DNA of 64,000 nt, taken from contig NMRA01000186.1 in assembly GCA_002633005.1 (NCBI GenBank), positions 599,479 to 663,478 of the forward strand. The letters run 5' to 3'. The notes under the pieces were generated by a model. The model did not search any database, was not told where the DNA came from, and saw only the letters and a list, made by a program, of their open reading frames with translations. Source of the DNA: Phoronis australis (taxonomy: Eukaryota > Animalia > Phoronida). Of the stretch, positions 37,710-49,996 are shown piece after piece. Within the stretch, counting starts at the first letter, position 1; the number at the start of each line of letters is the position of its first letter. Made by a program: the position numbers and the translations under genes.

Positions 37710-39820
37710 GTAAGGAATCAGTTGCCAGGCATGGCGCCCGGCCAAATTGATGCACTCCAGTAGAGGATGAAGGGAACTTTAATTTAAGGCACGTCTTCAT
37801 GATGCTACATGTATGTTTCCCTACGCAAGCAAACAGTGTTAGATTTGGGAAGGGAGGGGGAGGGGGGTGATTGGGGAACCACTTGAATTAGAATATCAAA
37901 CAAATGACAATATTACTGATTCATAATTATGTCCCCTGCTAGAATCGGCCTTGTACCATTGCCAGTCTGCGGCCGTTAATTGTCGCATAGGCGCGGCCTC
38001 TGGTTCGTAGGCTATGATCGAGTGGCCGTGTTCAAGTGTCGATCGTCGTATTTTGGAAAACTTAATCCAAAATTCAAATTTCCCACTAGAATATTTTTTC
38101 ATGCCCGTCCTTGTAGTTTACCCACTTAACTCGTATCTTGACAATTAAGTTGATTTCACCCGGCCAAAACTGCCGACCGATCGAGATACTGCACAAACCG
38201 GAGAACTCCCCCAAGGGATATTAATCCGTTATTCAACTAAAAACAAACTTCCTCATTGCGTGCAGTGGCGGGTCTAGGATACCATAAGGGGCCCAACATA
38301 TTGCTTCGGGTAATTGGGCAAAGGGCGATTGTATGTGCACAGTCGCGGGCCTGAAAGTTGCGGGGCTGAGGACAAGTTTGGACTTTCTGTTCAAATAATG
38401 TATCGGTGAACTAAAAAAAGGGGCCGGGACGCGATTCCGACACCTCATCCGCTACCGGTTCTAGTTGCTAACCTCAATATTTCCTCACGAAATCGGACTA
38501 CATCGACTGTTGGCTATTAGAATTCCATATATCAGACTTACATGTACCATACCTTCACAGCTTACAGGTGCGGGTCCTTAGATACTGCACGTCCCAATAA
38601 GTGCATATGCAGAGAAGTGCCATAGTTGTTTTTCAATCCCCAGCCCTGTAAACAAACTATACACACGTCATCACTAACCCATCTTTGTCTACGAATTCGC
38701 ACCTAGTAACAATTTTGTTAAGTAACCGCGGTAAAACAGTGAAGTTCCCGCAGCTGTCCAAGAGGCATATACCGTCATCATGTGCCGACAAAGATTTTTG
38801 GGAGGTATTTTTGGTATTTTCTTCTTATAATTGCTGCCCTTAAAAAGATAAAATAACTACTTTTGTTGGAAAACTCTGCGGTTTCATTCTGTGGAAACTT
38901 GGGGACAAGCTGTCATGTTCATTGCAGCGCACAGTTCAGGTAGGATGTTACTAGAGAGATTAAATTATTTATCGTTATGACCACCCAAAACAGTTACACC
39001 TTTGGGGGAAAAGGAAAATGAACCATAGTTACCGAAAAGCAACCTCTCATTAAATTGATTGTTGAAATCCTTTTTGAAATGGAACACGATAAACCATTTT
39101 ATGGTTTAATCATATTTCCCGGTTTACTGATGAAAATCAGTGCAATTTTCCTCGAATTTTGGCGTCTTTTACACAAAATTTTGGTTACGTCGTACGCTTC
39201 TTTCTATTCTTAACTGAATGCCTCATGCGTTTGCTGTGAAAGAGAAGAAAAATTAAGGATTCACCGACTTTTTGAGATATTTTAGCTCAAACGTTACACA
39301 GGAAAGCGCTCACACAACCTCCTTCTGCATTTAGTGGTTATGTTGCTATGGATACGAAGGCATTGTCTACACTAGTGTTAGTAGCTATGCTCGTGTCCAT
39401 TATGACGTATTGTAAAATTTGGCGATGCTTCAGAAACAAAAGGCGCAATGCAAAATTAATATTTCTTTTTAAATTAAGTGTTCTTTTATTTCAGAGATCG
39501 AACATAACAAATGTGTGTGAGGAGTTAGTCAATTTCGTAAAACAACGGACTTCTTTAATGCCTCGGTCACATAAAACTTCCGAAACCAACCCAATGAGTC
39601 TACAGCAGCGACATTGTTAAACATCAGCCAACACTCGGTCGATTATCCTACATGAGAGCCGAGCGGGAGTCGGCATTAACGATCACCAAACGCCTGTTAT
39701 TGATCCAATGATATACCCCGATTATGCTTGGCATAATCCAATGCGATAGAACTCAGTTGGTCCAGCATCGTCCTATATGTGACTCTAGGCATATGTTCAC
39801 GAAAACAACAACGGATTTAA

Positions 39821-39868
39821 AACTTGACATGTTTCGGTGTCATTTATTAAACACCATCCTCAGAAGTC
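39821..39868 (-). ncRNA. Mirror copy of the hammerhead ribozyme on the minus strand
   Basis: Exact reverse complement of 40375-40422, lying in the left inverted arm. Confidence 0.8.
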
Positions 39869-40374
39869 ATAATACAGTGGCCACCTAGCTAGGCCCAGCA
39901 ACAAGTAATGAAGCACAGATACAGTCAGTTACAGGGAGTGACAATGAACTATACCAACAATGACAACCTGTGGTGTGTCAGTTGCCTATTGAGATTGGGC
40001 TTGCACCAACTGATATGTAAAGCCTCACGAATTTTAAGCTCCTTTGTTGTTACTGCCTGGTCTATTATTGCAAAGTCATTGAAAGAGCNNNNNNNNNNNN
40101 NNNNTTCACATGTAAATATTCACCTGCAGAGCTCCAATCATTGTTATCAGCAGTGCTCTTTCAATGACTTTGCAATAATAGACCAGGCAGTAACAACAAA
40201 GGAGCTTAAAATTCGTGAGGCTTTACATATCAGTTGGTGCAAGCCCAATCTCAATAGGCAACTGACACACCACAGGTTGTCATTGTTGGTATAGTTCATT
40301 GTCACTCCCTGTAATTGACTGTATCTGTGCTTCATTACTTGTTGCTGGGCCTAGCTAGGTGGCCACTGTATTAT

Positions 40375-40422
40375 GACTTCTGAGGATGGTGTTTAATAAA
40401 TGACACCGAAACATGTCAAGTT
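40375..40422 (+). ncRNA. Minimal type I hammerhead ribozyme (Penelope-associated)
   Basis: GACTT-CTGAGGA-T-GGTGTT[taataaat]GACACC-GAAAC-AT-GTC^-AAGTT: intact CUGANGA and GAAA cores, stem II, palindromic minimal stem III, GUC cleavage triplet and stem I. Confidence 0.85.
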
Positions 40423-41257
40423 TTAAATCCGTTGTTGTTTTCGTGAACATATGCTGTTACTTGCTATCATGGAGACTCTAGGCATAGAATAGAAATTAAA
40501 TTGGTTTTATTTGTTCAGCAGTTTATTCGCTTTTGATTTGCCCTAATGACAGTGTTATTTTACGTTGACGCGGTATTTCGTAGCCCCTTAGCTGAAGTAA
40601 TTTGATAATCTACACAAATGCACAAAAACCACTGGACGCCTTGCACCTCTGTTTACATGTACGTGTCCTATTTATTTATAGGCGTATCGCAAATGCTGCA
40701 TATTGGTCAGACCATAGACATCAAATTAAATGACAAATTTGCGCGATCTTAGTGGTTTCTCTTAAAAAACGAAAAAATAAAACGCTCGCAGTGGATTGAC
40801 AGGCGTGCAGCCGCTCAGGCCACTCGAAAACCTGCCACTGGTTGCGATCTCCTAACAGTTTGGTATTTTCCCTGTCGACTGATTAATTCTTAAAAAAGCC
40901 ATGTAAGTGCTGCATCATATGTTTTGTATGTTTCTTGTAGAAAAATCGCACTCTTCGGCCTATTTATTTGTTAGATATCGCGCTTTGAAAAGGACAATTT
41001 ACCTCGTTCGTTTACACAGCAATTAGCCGTGTCACGTGACTAGTAGCACTCTCCAATATGGCGTCAAGTCAGCTGCAGTAGCGCGTGCGCCCGATTTATA
41101 GTATTTTAAAAGATGTCTATGGGTCAGACAATTGAAAAATATTGGCGGTTGCAAACGACCAGTTTTATCCAACCAAGTGGCCGTCAATGCATTGTCCGGC
41201 CATTCGGCTACTGTAAATTAGCTACCCTCATGTGACTTCGCTCTGTATATTTCCAAG

Positions 41258-41398
41258 AAATCTTCACGATAAGACAAAGTACAGACGGCAATATAAAGAG
41301 GAAGAATGGACATCATTTACTGATGGAGATAACGACTGCCTCGAGAGTGCTTTTCGTGATCCTCAGCGTGACCATCACAGGGTGACATTGAGTACCGG
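41258..41398 (+). CDS. PARP12: PARP12-like exon: end of ZnF5 plus start of WWE domain
   Basis: Phase-2 acceptor; (R)NLHDKTKYRRQYKEEEWTSFTDGDNDCLESAFRDPQRDHHRVTLST supplies the His of ZnF5 and aligns with PARP12 'H...YRWQ....W.......IE.AY..P'. gtaatt donor. Confidence 0.8.
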
Positions 41399-44300
41399 GT
41401 AATTAAAGCGATTGATTTTGTGCTACTTAATTCTAGTAGCCTACAATTTGGACTTCCATTCTTGTCTTTGTAAAAAATATTAAAGTACACAGTGTATTTA
41501 AAAACACTCAGAGCGACAGATCTAGGGAAGAATTTTGACAAATATCTGGCACGTGACGTCTGGAAAAAATATGACATCATCAAGTGCACTGAGTCTCTCA
41601 AGCCAAGACCCTCTGATACACTAGATCATTCGTGTACTCTAATAATAAGAACTTCCATATTGTGTCATCGCTGCTTCATTCACAATAATTGGCTTACAGA
41701 ATTTGAATTCAATTAGTGGCATGATCGAAACATTTCGATTAGCGTATCTAAGTGAAAAACTAAATTGTGAGCTCTGAACACGCGCCTGTGTACCTGACGT
41801 GCTTGTTTGACTCTATATCCACATGCATTTCTAGAGCGACAAAATCACCTGCACATGTTGATTTTGTCTGCATGACGTTGACTACTGCACCCGTCGGCCA
41901 CCGTATATGGGATTTTCTATTCTGATTCGAGAAAGGCACAAAAACACAACTAATTTTTCGTAAGATTGTTGATCACATAACTATTCTCCACGCGTCCCAC
42001 ATGATTTTCCTTTCAATTCCATGTCTGAATGCGATGTCAAAGAAAGGACGCTAAATATCACAGAAATATTTGTTGCCTCTGTAGGCAAACAGGAGTGTTC
42101 CCTATACTTGTTTAGTATTGCAAAAATACTCTAGGTCAGTAGCTCTTTCATACTCGAGAACGTGTTCGGCACATGACGTGGCATGGCACGCTGACTTCTA
42201 GAGCATGCTGACAGTCTCCGGCAATACCGCACTGTTAATACTGTCAAAACTAAAAAACCAATAGCAATTTCCCAACGGAACGTTGTAGAAATCAAAAATT
42301 GATTCCTGTGATGAAAAACGGGTTTATAGTCGCTTGAAAATAGAAGAATTGTTCATGTAGAAAACGACGTCTTATGTTTTTGGAGCTCAGATCTCATTTG
42401 GGATATCATTTCTGCTGTCCATGAAGTTTTCATGACGTTTCACATTCTCATGCTTCCCTCTTTAGTACATGTAAGTTCATATAATTACTGACCTGTGTGT
42501 TAAAACACGCTATGGCTACACAAATACGACAGTCAGGCGGGACACAGAGTTTCTGCAACACTGGCGGTGAGTCAGGAGGAAGTCTCTCACTTAACTTGGA
42601 GTGAGCTCTGAATTAATGGCAGAGTTTGAAAAATACGTCAGACGCATTTGGTAGATGTCATGATCGGGCTCAAGCACTATCCACAATAAGTCTACATTTT
42701 CTCGGAAAGCATCCCGAAGAAAACAGAATTGATCACTGACTAATACTAATTAAACGATCTTGTTTCCCGTATGTGTAAGATAATCTCAGAGCAAGTATTG
42801 AATGTCGCAAGTAGACGCTCACCAATATTCTCACCTTCCTTGACTTTATCTCAACTTTTCTCATACTCATTTTACGAAAGCCAAGATGGGTATGGCAGAC
42901 TGTGATTTATGTTGAATTTCGTCTGGCGATTTTATCAGAACATTTTACTAGAAACGTTATATACAATACTTACTTCCTAAGCTCTCAATAGATCTTTATG
43001 GGGAATAATATTTTGAGAAACATTTGGTGTCACGAGACAAAAATGTGGGACGGAAGCCTATCTCAACTCCCGTGCTAGCTCAATGGTTGACTGGACTGCC
43101 GCACTTATCCCGGTCAGTCCTTCATCACCTACGGAAATAGAGCTACGTTTTATCAGCAACTCCTTCAGCTGGCTTAAGATGCAATTTGTGCCTCTCTGTT
43201 GAAATTTGCATCCCTTCTAAGACTTACCTTTGATCCTCTTGTCATTGTAGCTTCTGTTATCATGCTTCAAGTCATCATATCTCAGAAATACACTCTTCCG
43301 AGCACAGGAATCAAAACCATCCTTTTCACATTTAGGCACGTGTTTCCCGTATTTTCAAAGTTGCTACAACAAGTTCCTTCTGTCAAAAGGAGTAACATTC
43401 AGTACAGCTGCTGACGTTCATGTGCTCTGTTTTCGTAAAGATGCGGCAATAAAGAAACATCGTTCTAAGTCATTTTTCTGGTGAGATTGTGTGACTAACG
43501 GGCCGGTCAGCATGTCAAGCTGCAGCCTCAGCTCGGGTAAATCAACCTAATTAGAGTCTTTAAGGTTATGTAGGACCCTAAAACAATATCCGAATTTAGA
43601 ATATCATCTCTATTTTAGGAATGAAACTTTCAGATAACTATTCTTTATGCAAGTATCTCCAAAAAATAAAGGAATAACTTTCAAAATGATCCACTTTTGC
43701 AAAAGGAATTATCGCGAAAAATAGAATTCTACAATGTTTATGAATAAACTCAAGAGTTGCATAAAATTGAAATCGAAATGATAATTACTTTGCGAGTGCA
43801 AGCGCATAGTACTGTTGTTGGAAAGCTATAATGGTGTTTTTGAGATTTCATCTTGAACAGTGATATTAAAGGGCATGTTGTTATGTTATTCCTGTCGTTT
43901 GCTGTGGATATACCCTTTTTGCTTGATTTTGCTAAAAGGACATCATCAAGTGACCATGTCCTTTTAGCAAAATTAAGCAAAATCAATGGATGATTGGTGT
44001 AAATACACAAATCAAGCTCTACAGGCTTTCATCGCGTGCTTATCAGGTAGCCCTGAAATGTTACCTTCAGCGATTTGTGAATAGAAACTTCAAGAGCATT
44101 TAAATGACAGAACTATTTAGTAACTTCACATTTTTCACAGATCCAAGACAGAGAGAGAAGTTCGTCGACGTCCAATAGATGTCCAAAGCAGTGATGCTGA
44201 CAATCTCCGGTAAGTAAATAAGTAAATATACTTGTTTTTTAACTGTTGGCTAGTCATGTCTTTTAAGAAGTAGCGTTGGTGGAAACCCAGAAATAATAAA

Positions 44301-45375
44301 CTTGACCTTGCGTCGCTTTGTCCAAATGCAAGCCTGGTTGTTGGTTTCTCTGAGTGGTTAGCTGTCATTTCATCCAAGGGACTACCCATGTGTTTGCCTG
44401 TGTATCAATCTGCCTTTCACCTCTTATCAGTTGCCTTGCCCGTTTCCCTTTCTTGGTCGTTGCACGTATTAAGTGGTTGGCCTACCTATCGCTGCTGCAC
44501 CTTACTCTTTAAATGGTGTACCCGAGGAAGGACATTTGGGTATGCCTTTTTACCAGGTTCGACAAGGAGTTCTTTTCACCAATTGGCCTGTTGTGTTGAC
44601 AGGTGTGTGAGGTACGGGTGGACCTTTTTATCGACACGTTTGTGATGGGAACGGGGTGACTTTGTGGTTGTTCTTTTTAGAATAAGAGTGAATACACAAC
44701 GAGAACAAGTGGAAGTCGAGGATTTTTTCAAGCGTTTACTTTTTTCAGATTCCAAGAATTGTTTATCAAATCATTACTCCCTGAGCACTGGGAAGACATC
44801 AAGTGCGATGATGACTTTAAACTTGTTCTTAGATATATTAGCACATCGATTGAAACCCTTTGTCACAACAATCTTTTCATATGGCCCCATGGAATTCAAT
44901 TAGTATTAAAACAATGGAAACCTTAATTTTTGCTCCGCAAACGAATGCGCATTCTATCTGCCTTCATGTCCTTTGCCTTTAAAAGTGACTTCTCTCTATC
45001 TCAGTCTATGTTCACTGCCAAGAACCATAAATCTGGCTTGCTTTTCTGCCAGAAACGCATTTCGGGATTAGTGGTGGATAAAATACTAACATTATTTTTT
45101 GAAGTAATAAACTGTGACCAGAGTTATACAACAACAAAATCAGTTGTACCTTTGTGATTTTATTGTATGTCCTCAATGCTCGCCATTGTCTGTCAAATAC
45201 TATCAGACACCAAGGCCGGCGATTGTGTACCAGCAGTGGGTTTGACTACGACCCCGAAAAACGGTTCTAAGGTCGAAGCCGCCCTATGCTCTCAGATGAC
45301 TTTTCTGGTCGATATTGTCATTTTAATGCCGTTATTAAAATAGAAATGTCTCAATATGTTATGTTATTTTTATAG

Positions 45376-45506
45376 ATAGAACCCTCTGGGAAAACGGGGC
45401 AAGAGTATAAAGAAGTTGAAAAAATCTTCCTGTAGACATTGCCTTACCGCAAGGTCACTAAGATCGAACGAATACAGAATCAGGTTCTGTGGGAGAAATA
45501 TTCACT
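45376..45506 (+). pseudogene. PARP12: PARP catalytic-domain N-terminal exon with an in-frame TAG (45433-45435)
   Basis: tttatag...gtaagc exon: IEPSGKTGQEYKEVEKIFL*TLPYRKVTKIERIQNQVLWEKYS, matching the PARP motif EY..V...F..T.....V.KIER.QN..LWE.Y. Confidence 0.75.
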
Positions 45507-46289
45507 GTAAGCAAATTATATTTATGATCGACATATGTCCTGAACGATATATAATAGTTCGTGCGCCAAAAAGCTCGTTACCATTACACTGACACATGGG
45601 CAGTCACGGGCGGATCCAGGATTTTAAGTTAGGGGGGACCATTTCAGATTATTAGCCAGGATTTTGCCCGTCAGGCAGGCGCACCCATATCTGACAGATG
45701 TAAACTGGGAGAATTTTAGGGGGGGGAGAGCATGGCCCCCCCTGCCCCCCTGAATCCGCCAATGAATGTGGGCTATAAAAGATGAGAGATAATGCTCGTG
45801 TGTGAAGGAGACCCATCTTGCTGAAACCGTAATTGTTTCCAGGATAAAGTCGCCTACAATCCGGGGAAGATTTTCATCCAATATCTGCATATCGCGTTGA
45901 CTTTTAACTTTGGCTCTATCAGTGTCAATAAAATGAATAATTTTTTTCGTTCCAGGGGAAACCATTACTTTTTTGGAAAATCTGGAAATTTCATGAGAGA
46001 GTCAAAAAGGGTGAATTTCTCGTTTTTGTTTCCCATCAACACGATCGTTTTGGCGAAAGTTTTTTTTCATTAACGAAAATATTTCTTTTCACATCAGCGG
46101 CGGAATAGCGCCTTCGAAATTTTCTTTCCCTTCTAACATTTTTATCTCTCTATGAAACCCACATTCTTTTGAAGGGTTTTAACTCCATTCTTTGAAAGAA
46201 GGCTTGCTCACTTGTAAATCCCTTGCGACTTCTCTCAGAGATTTGTCATTCCCCGGGTGGTCCTCCTGGGATTGAATCAGTCCCCCAAA

Positions 46290-48008
46290 ATAAATATGGC
46301 CACTTGATGACACAAAAACGTACAATCCAACCGAAAATGGGAAAATGTCATAGCTTCTTTAATAGAAAACTATTCACCAAATTTCATAGAAATCTGTCAC
46401 GGAACTTCAGTGAAACAAAGGAAAACAGAATAAAATGAAAACTGCCGCTAGGGGACACAGTCTTCATTGGATCCGCCTGAAAGTCGTTATTGTTTGTTGT
46501 TAGCTTCATATAGATGCACTTACTAAATTTAATAAAGACCCAGCAGTGGGTTTAAGAGATACAGCTATGTGCGCAAAACAAAACAAAACTACCATTGGAG
46601 GCGCCACAGTAGTCAAAGTCGTCATCGTCAACCATCCTCTTCACACAGAGAACATAAACGCCAATTTTCAAAAACATCCTTAGAATAATTTGGTTAATAG
46701 ATAGGTGGACGCCAAAAAAACAGACTCGAAAACAGCAAAAATGGCCACTAGATGGCGCAAAATACCTCCATTCTATACAAAAACTGGAGGATAGCCTCAT
46801 CTCATCAACAGGTGCCTGTATTCAAAATTTTATGATAATCCGTTGAGGACCCTTAAAGATAGAGACGTTAACGTAAAATCTAAAATTGCCACCAGGGGGC
46901 ACACCAGTAGTCAGATCTGTCGGAAAGTCGTCGTTGTTCTTCGTCAAAATCATATAAATACACTTATTAAATTTAGTAAAAATCCTGAAAACGGCTTAAG
47001 AGATACAGCCATGGGCGCAAAAAAACGAAACTGCCACTAGGAGGCTCCGCAGTAGCTGAAGTCATCGGAAAATCATCTTCAGCCGTCCATTTTATAGTAA
47101 AAACATACATACTAATTTTCACAATTATCCTGAAAGCAATTCGGTCGATAGAGGGGTGGATGCCAAAAACCAGACTCGAAAACAATAAAAAACGCCACGA
47201 ATCCATCTGAAAACGGAAAGATAGCGTCACCACCCTGAGAAGCCTGCACGTCAAATTTTTTGAAAACACGTTGAGGACCTTTGACGATACAGAGGTTAAC
47301 GTAAGAAAAATAAAATTGCCACCAGGGGGCACACAAGTTATCAAATCGGTCTGAAAGTCGTCTCTTGCCAACATCATATAAATGCACTTACTCAGTAAAT
47401 TTAGCAAATATCCTGCAGACGGTCGGAGATACAGCCATAGGCGCAAAAAACTAAACTGCCACTAGGGTGCTCCACAGTTGTCGAAATCGTCGGAAAATCA
47501 TCGCCAGCCGTCCTCTTCATAGTAAGAACATACATGCCAATATTTCTACAACCATCCTGTGAGCGGTTTGGTTGATAGAGTGGTGGACGACTCGAAAACA
47601 GTAAAAATGGCCACTAGGTAGCGCAAACTACGTCGAATCCATGCGGTAACGAGCAATGAGCTATATACATAGTTATATTTATCTCATTGGTAACGAGAGG
47701 ATGTCGTCGTTTCACTAATAGATGCCTTTATACCAAATTTCATGAAAATACCTTTAGGACAATTGAAGATACAGAGGTAAACGTAACAAATAAAATTGCC
47801 ACTAGGGGGCACACTGGTAGTCGGATCCGTCCGAATGTTCGCTCATACCGTCACGTCTATGAAAGAAACATATGTGTAAAATTTCATGAGTAACGTCCAT
47901 CGGTTTTGGAGATAGAGCAGCGGACGCCGGACGGACGTCGCCCGTACGGACGGACGAACGCAGACGACGGCATAATGCGTCCAAAAATAAATATGTGGGC
48001 GCATGAAA
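46290..48008 (+). mobile_element. Second HINE/satellite copy of the same family
   Basis: Same three subunits, a (GGAC)n tract at ~47920-47956 and a 3' end ATGTGGGCGCATGAAAA. Confidence 0.75.
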
Positions 48009-48790
48009 ACAGTAGACTTGAGACCCAGGAAGGCAATTTTTTTGGCTGACAGATGCCAGTACAGCGTGAACACAATGAAAGCCACAGTGATATTGCATTT
48101 TTCACCCCGCTGTTTTGAATTTCACATTAGTTCTACAATTTTTTATATTTCTCTGAAGTACTTTGTATACTTGTTGAAGAAACCCTGAAGATATATTGGG
48201 AAATTTTTAACATATTCGGTTGGTCATTTGCTGAGAAATTACTTGTCAAAAATCACTTATTGGGACACATGGTGTTGTGATAAAACATAGAAAGTAACAA
48301 TAAATATTCAGTGCCTCCGAAATCTCCTACCGAGTTCCTATCAACACCACTATAGGTGCCCTCGGCACTGATAGAGAATTGATAAAATTTGGTGGTAGTG
48401 CGGAAAGTAATCTACATCTCTTCTGGGCAGTCAAAACTGCCTATCAATGTTGATGCAAAATTTTTGCAGAAAATCACACTTCGCCGTAGCCAGTCAGTCA
48501 GCTGTATGAATATTAATTTCAAAACATGTGTTTATTTACAGTTTTGCATCAAGGCTAACTGCCATAAAGATTAGTTTACATTGTCTATGTTTTTAACTTA
48601 ACAGGTATCGCTCGTCCGATCATATACGCATAACACACTTTACGAACCGTCCAGTTCATATTGCAAACATCACTTTCCTTTTACGATAATCAGCTTAACC
48701 AACTTTGAACATTTCCAAACGCAAATCCAGCCAACAATGAAATAAACTAGTTGTTAGATGCAACTGCGTGTTCTGTCTACATCTCTTTTA

Positions 48791-49996
48791 CTAATTCTCA
48801 AGTGGCAGCTTTTCGTTTGTGCTCTTCGCGCTCATCCCAATCTGTTCCACGAGTTGCCACACGTACCTCGATTTATCCTGCACCATCTCGACTACCTCTC
48901 GACAGCACATCTGTTTAGCATTGTGATACTCGTACAGGTGCATCTCTCGCTCAGACATGTTCAAATACTGCTGCCACTGGTGCTTCAATACTTCCCAGCA
49001 TTCTGTTAATGTCTCGTCCATTATCTTCTTTTGTTGTTTGCTCGTGTAGGGAACCTCTTCCGAAGAAAGACAGGCGAAAGGAAGTGGAGACTGGAAATCT
49101 TGGAAACTCTCAGACTTAGGCTCTCGACAGCAAGATTCAAGCTCGATATCACCAAAATGGATATCCATTACTTTGCTTTGCTTTGAAGCCGGCGTTTTTT
49201 TGCCGGCTTTAGAGAACTGTTGGCGGTTACGTTCGGGCTTACCGTCCGTCTGGATTGTGTCTAGTTTAACACGAACAGTGCCTTTGACCACTTCAAGTTT
49301 GGGAGAATCGACATTCTGTTCATGGCGTTGAAAATTCTTTTGTGGAGGGTTTTCAGATATCGGCTGAAACGAAGTCATGTTAAATGTTTGTTGCAACCCT
49401 TGCTGTATTGTATTAGGATTAGGAATGAACACGGTTGTAATTTTATCGACGTCTTTTGGTGATTTTTCAGTTGATCTTCTCTGTGCCACAATGTCGGTCG
49501 GTATTCGTGAAACTGTGGGGCGAACACAGGGCTGAATATTTTTACTTCGCTTTGTAATTCCTAAACTGGACGCATTCAAAGAATGCGTAGGCGGTGTGTA
49601 CGGGGATCTTGGCGGAAGAAGTCGAATCACGGAAGACTTCGGCAACCGCTGTGTTGTCAAAGAAAGGGAAGATTTGGAAAATGGTGTCTTCAATGCTTCT
49701 TTAAAACCTGTGTATTCTGTGTAGTCCGGACAACTATTCGAGTTACTGAAAGCTTTTTGTGTCACGCGTGAGACAAGTATCTGATCGCTGGGAACAAAAA
49801 CAGATTCATCCGAGAAAAATGGTACAGCGCACGAACCCTCATTAGATGCAGACGTTCTGCTTGTCGGGTAGTCGTTTCGTTCGTCGTTGTTACCGTTGTT
49901 GTAATCACTGTCTCCTCCTTTAGCAAGAATGTCCAGTATCTCTTGAACAGACTGATAAGTTTCTGCATCAGATATACCTCTGTTCTCACAAGACAT
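48791..49996 (-). CDS. Intronless 401-aa ORF of unknown function (S/P/Q-rich middle, predicted helical C-terminus)
   Basis: A 1.2-kb stop-free ATG-initiated frame in AT-rich DNA, with AATAAA on the minus strand at 48531-48536. No domain recognised. Confidence 0.6.
   Translation of the reverse strand: MSCENRGISDAETYQSVQEILDILAKGGDSDYNNGNNDERNDYPTSRTSASNEGSCAVPFFSDESVFVPSDQILVSRVTQKAFSNSNSCPDYTEYTGFKEALKTPFSKSSLSLTTQRLPKSSVIRLLPPRSPYTPPTHSLNASSLGITKRSKNIQPCVRPTVSRIPTDIVAQRRSTEKSPKDVDKITTVFIPNPNTIQQGLQQTFNMTSFQPISENPPQKNFQRHEQNVDSPKLEVVKGTVRVKLDTIQTDGKPERNRQQFSKAGKKTPASKQSKVMDIHFGDIELESCCREPKSESFQDFQSPLPFACLSSEEVPYTSKQQKKIMDETLTECWEVLKHQWQQYLNMSEREMHLYEYHNAKQMCCREVVEMVQDKSRYVWQLVEQIGMSAKSTNEKLPLEN

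Larger units (their letters stand above)
39781..40486. mobile_element. Penelope-like element end in inverted-repeat configuration with 13-bp TSD
   Basis: 300-bp inverted arms 39789-40088 / 40155-40454 around an N-gap. Encodes a GIY-YIG C-terminus (FAIIDQA...ELKIREALHI..KPNLNRQ). TSD GACTCTAGGCATA at 39781-39793 and 40474-40486. Confidence 0.85.

Noticed and set aside
42466-42566. Candidate WWE exon (…TRYGYTNTTVRR…, gtgagt donor)
   Set aside because: There is a stop right after the acceptor in the plausible frames and the similarity is too weak to call. It may be a decayed exon.
44100-45190. Coding-like minus-strand stretch starting ATGGCGAGC at ~45186
   Set aside because: Multiple stops and no recognisable domain, so I cannot support even a pseudogene call.
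45433-45435. Selenocysteine or pyrrolysine recoding of the PARP stop
   Set aside because: The codon is TAG, not TGA, pyrrolysine is not used in animals, and the position is not a catalytic residue.
48605-48689. Next PARP exon after 45506
   Set aside because: The acceptor is good and can be read in phase 2, but the peptide (YRSSDHIRITHF...) has no PARP motif such as LFHGT.
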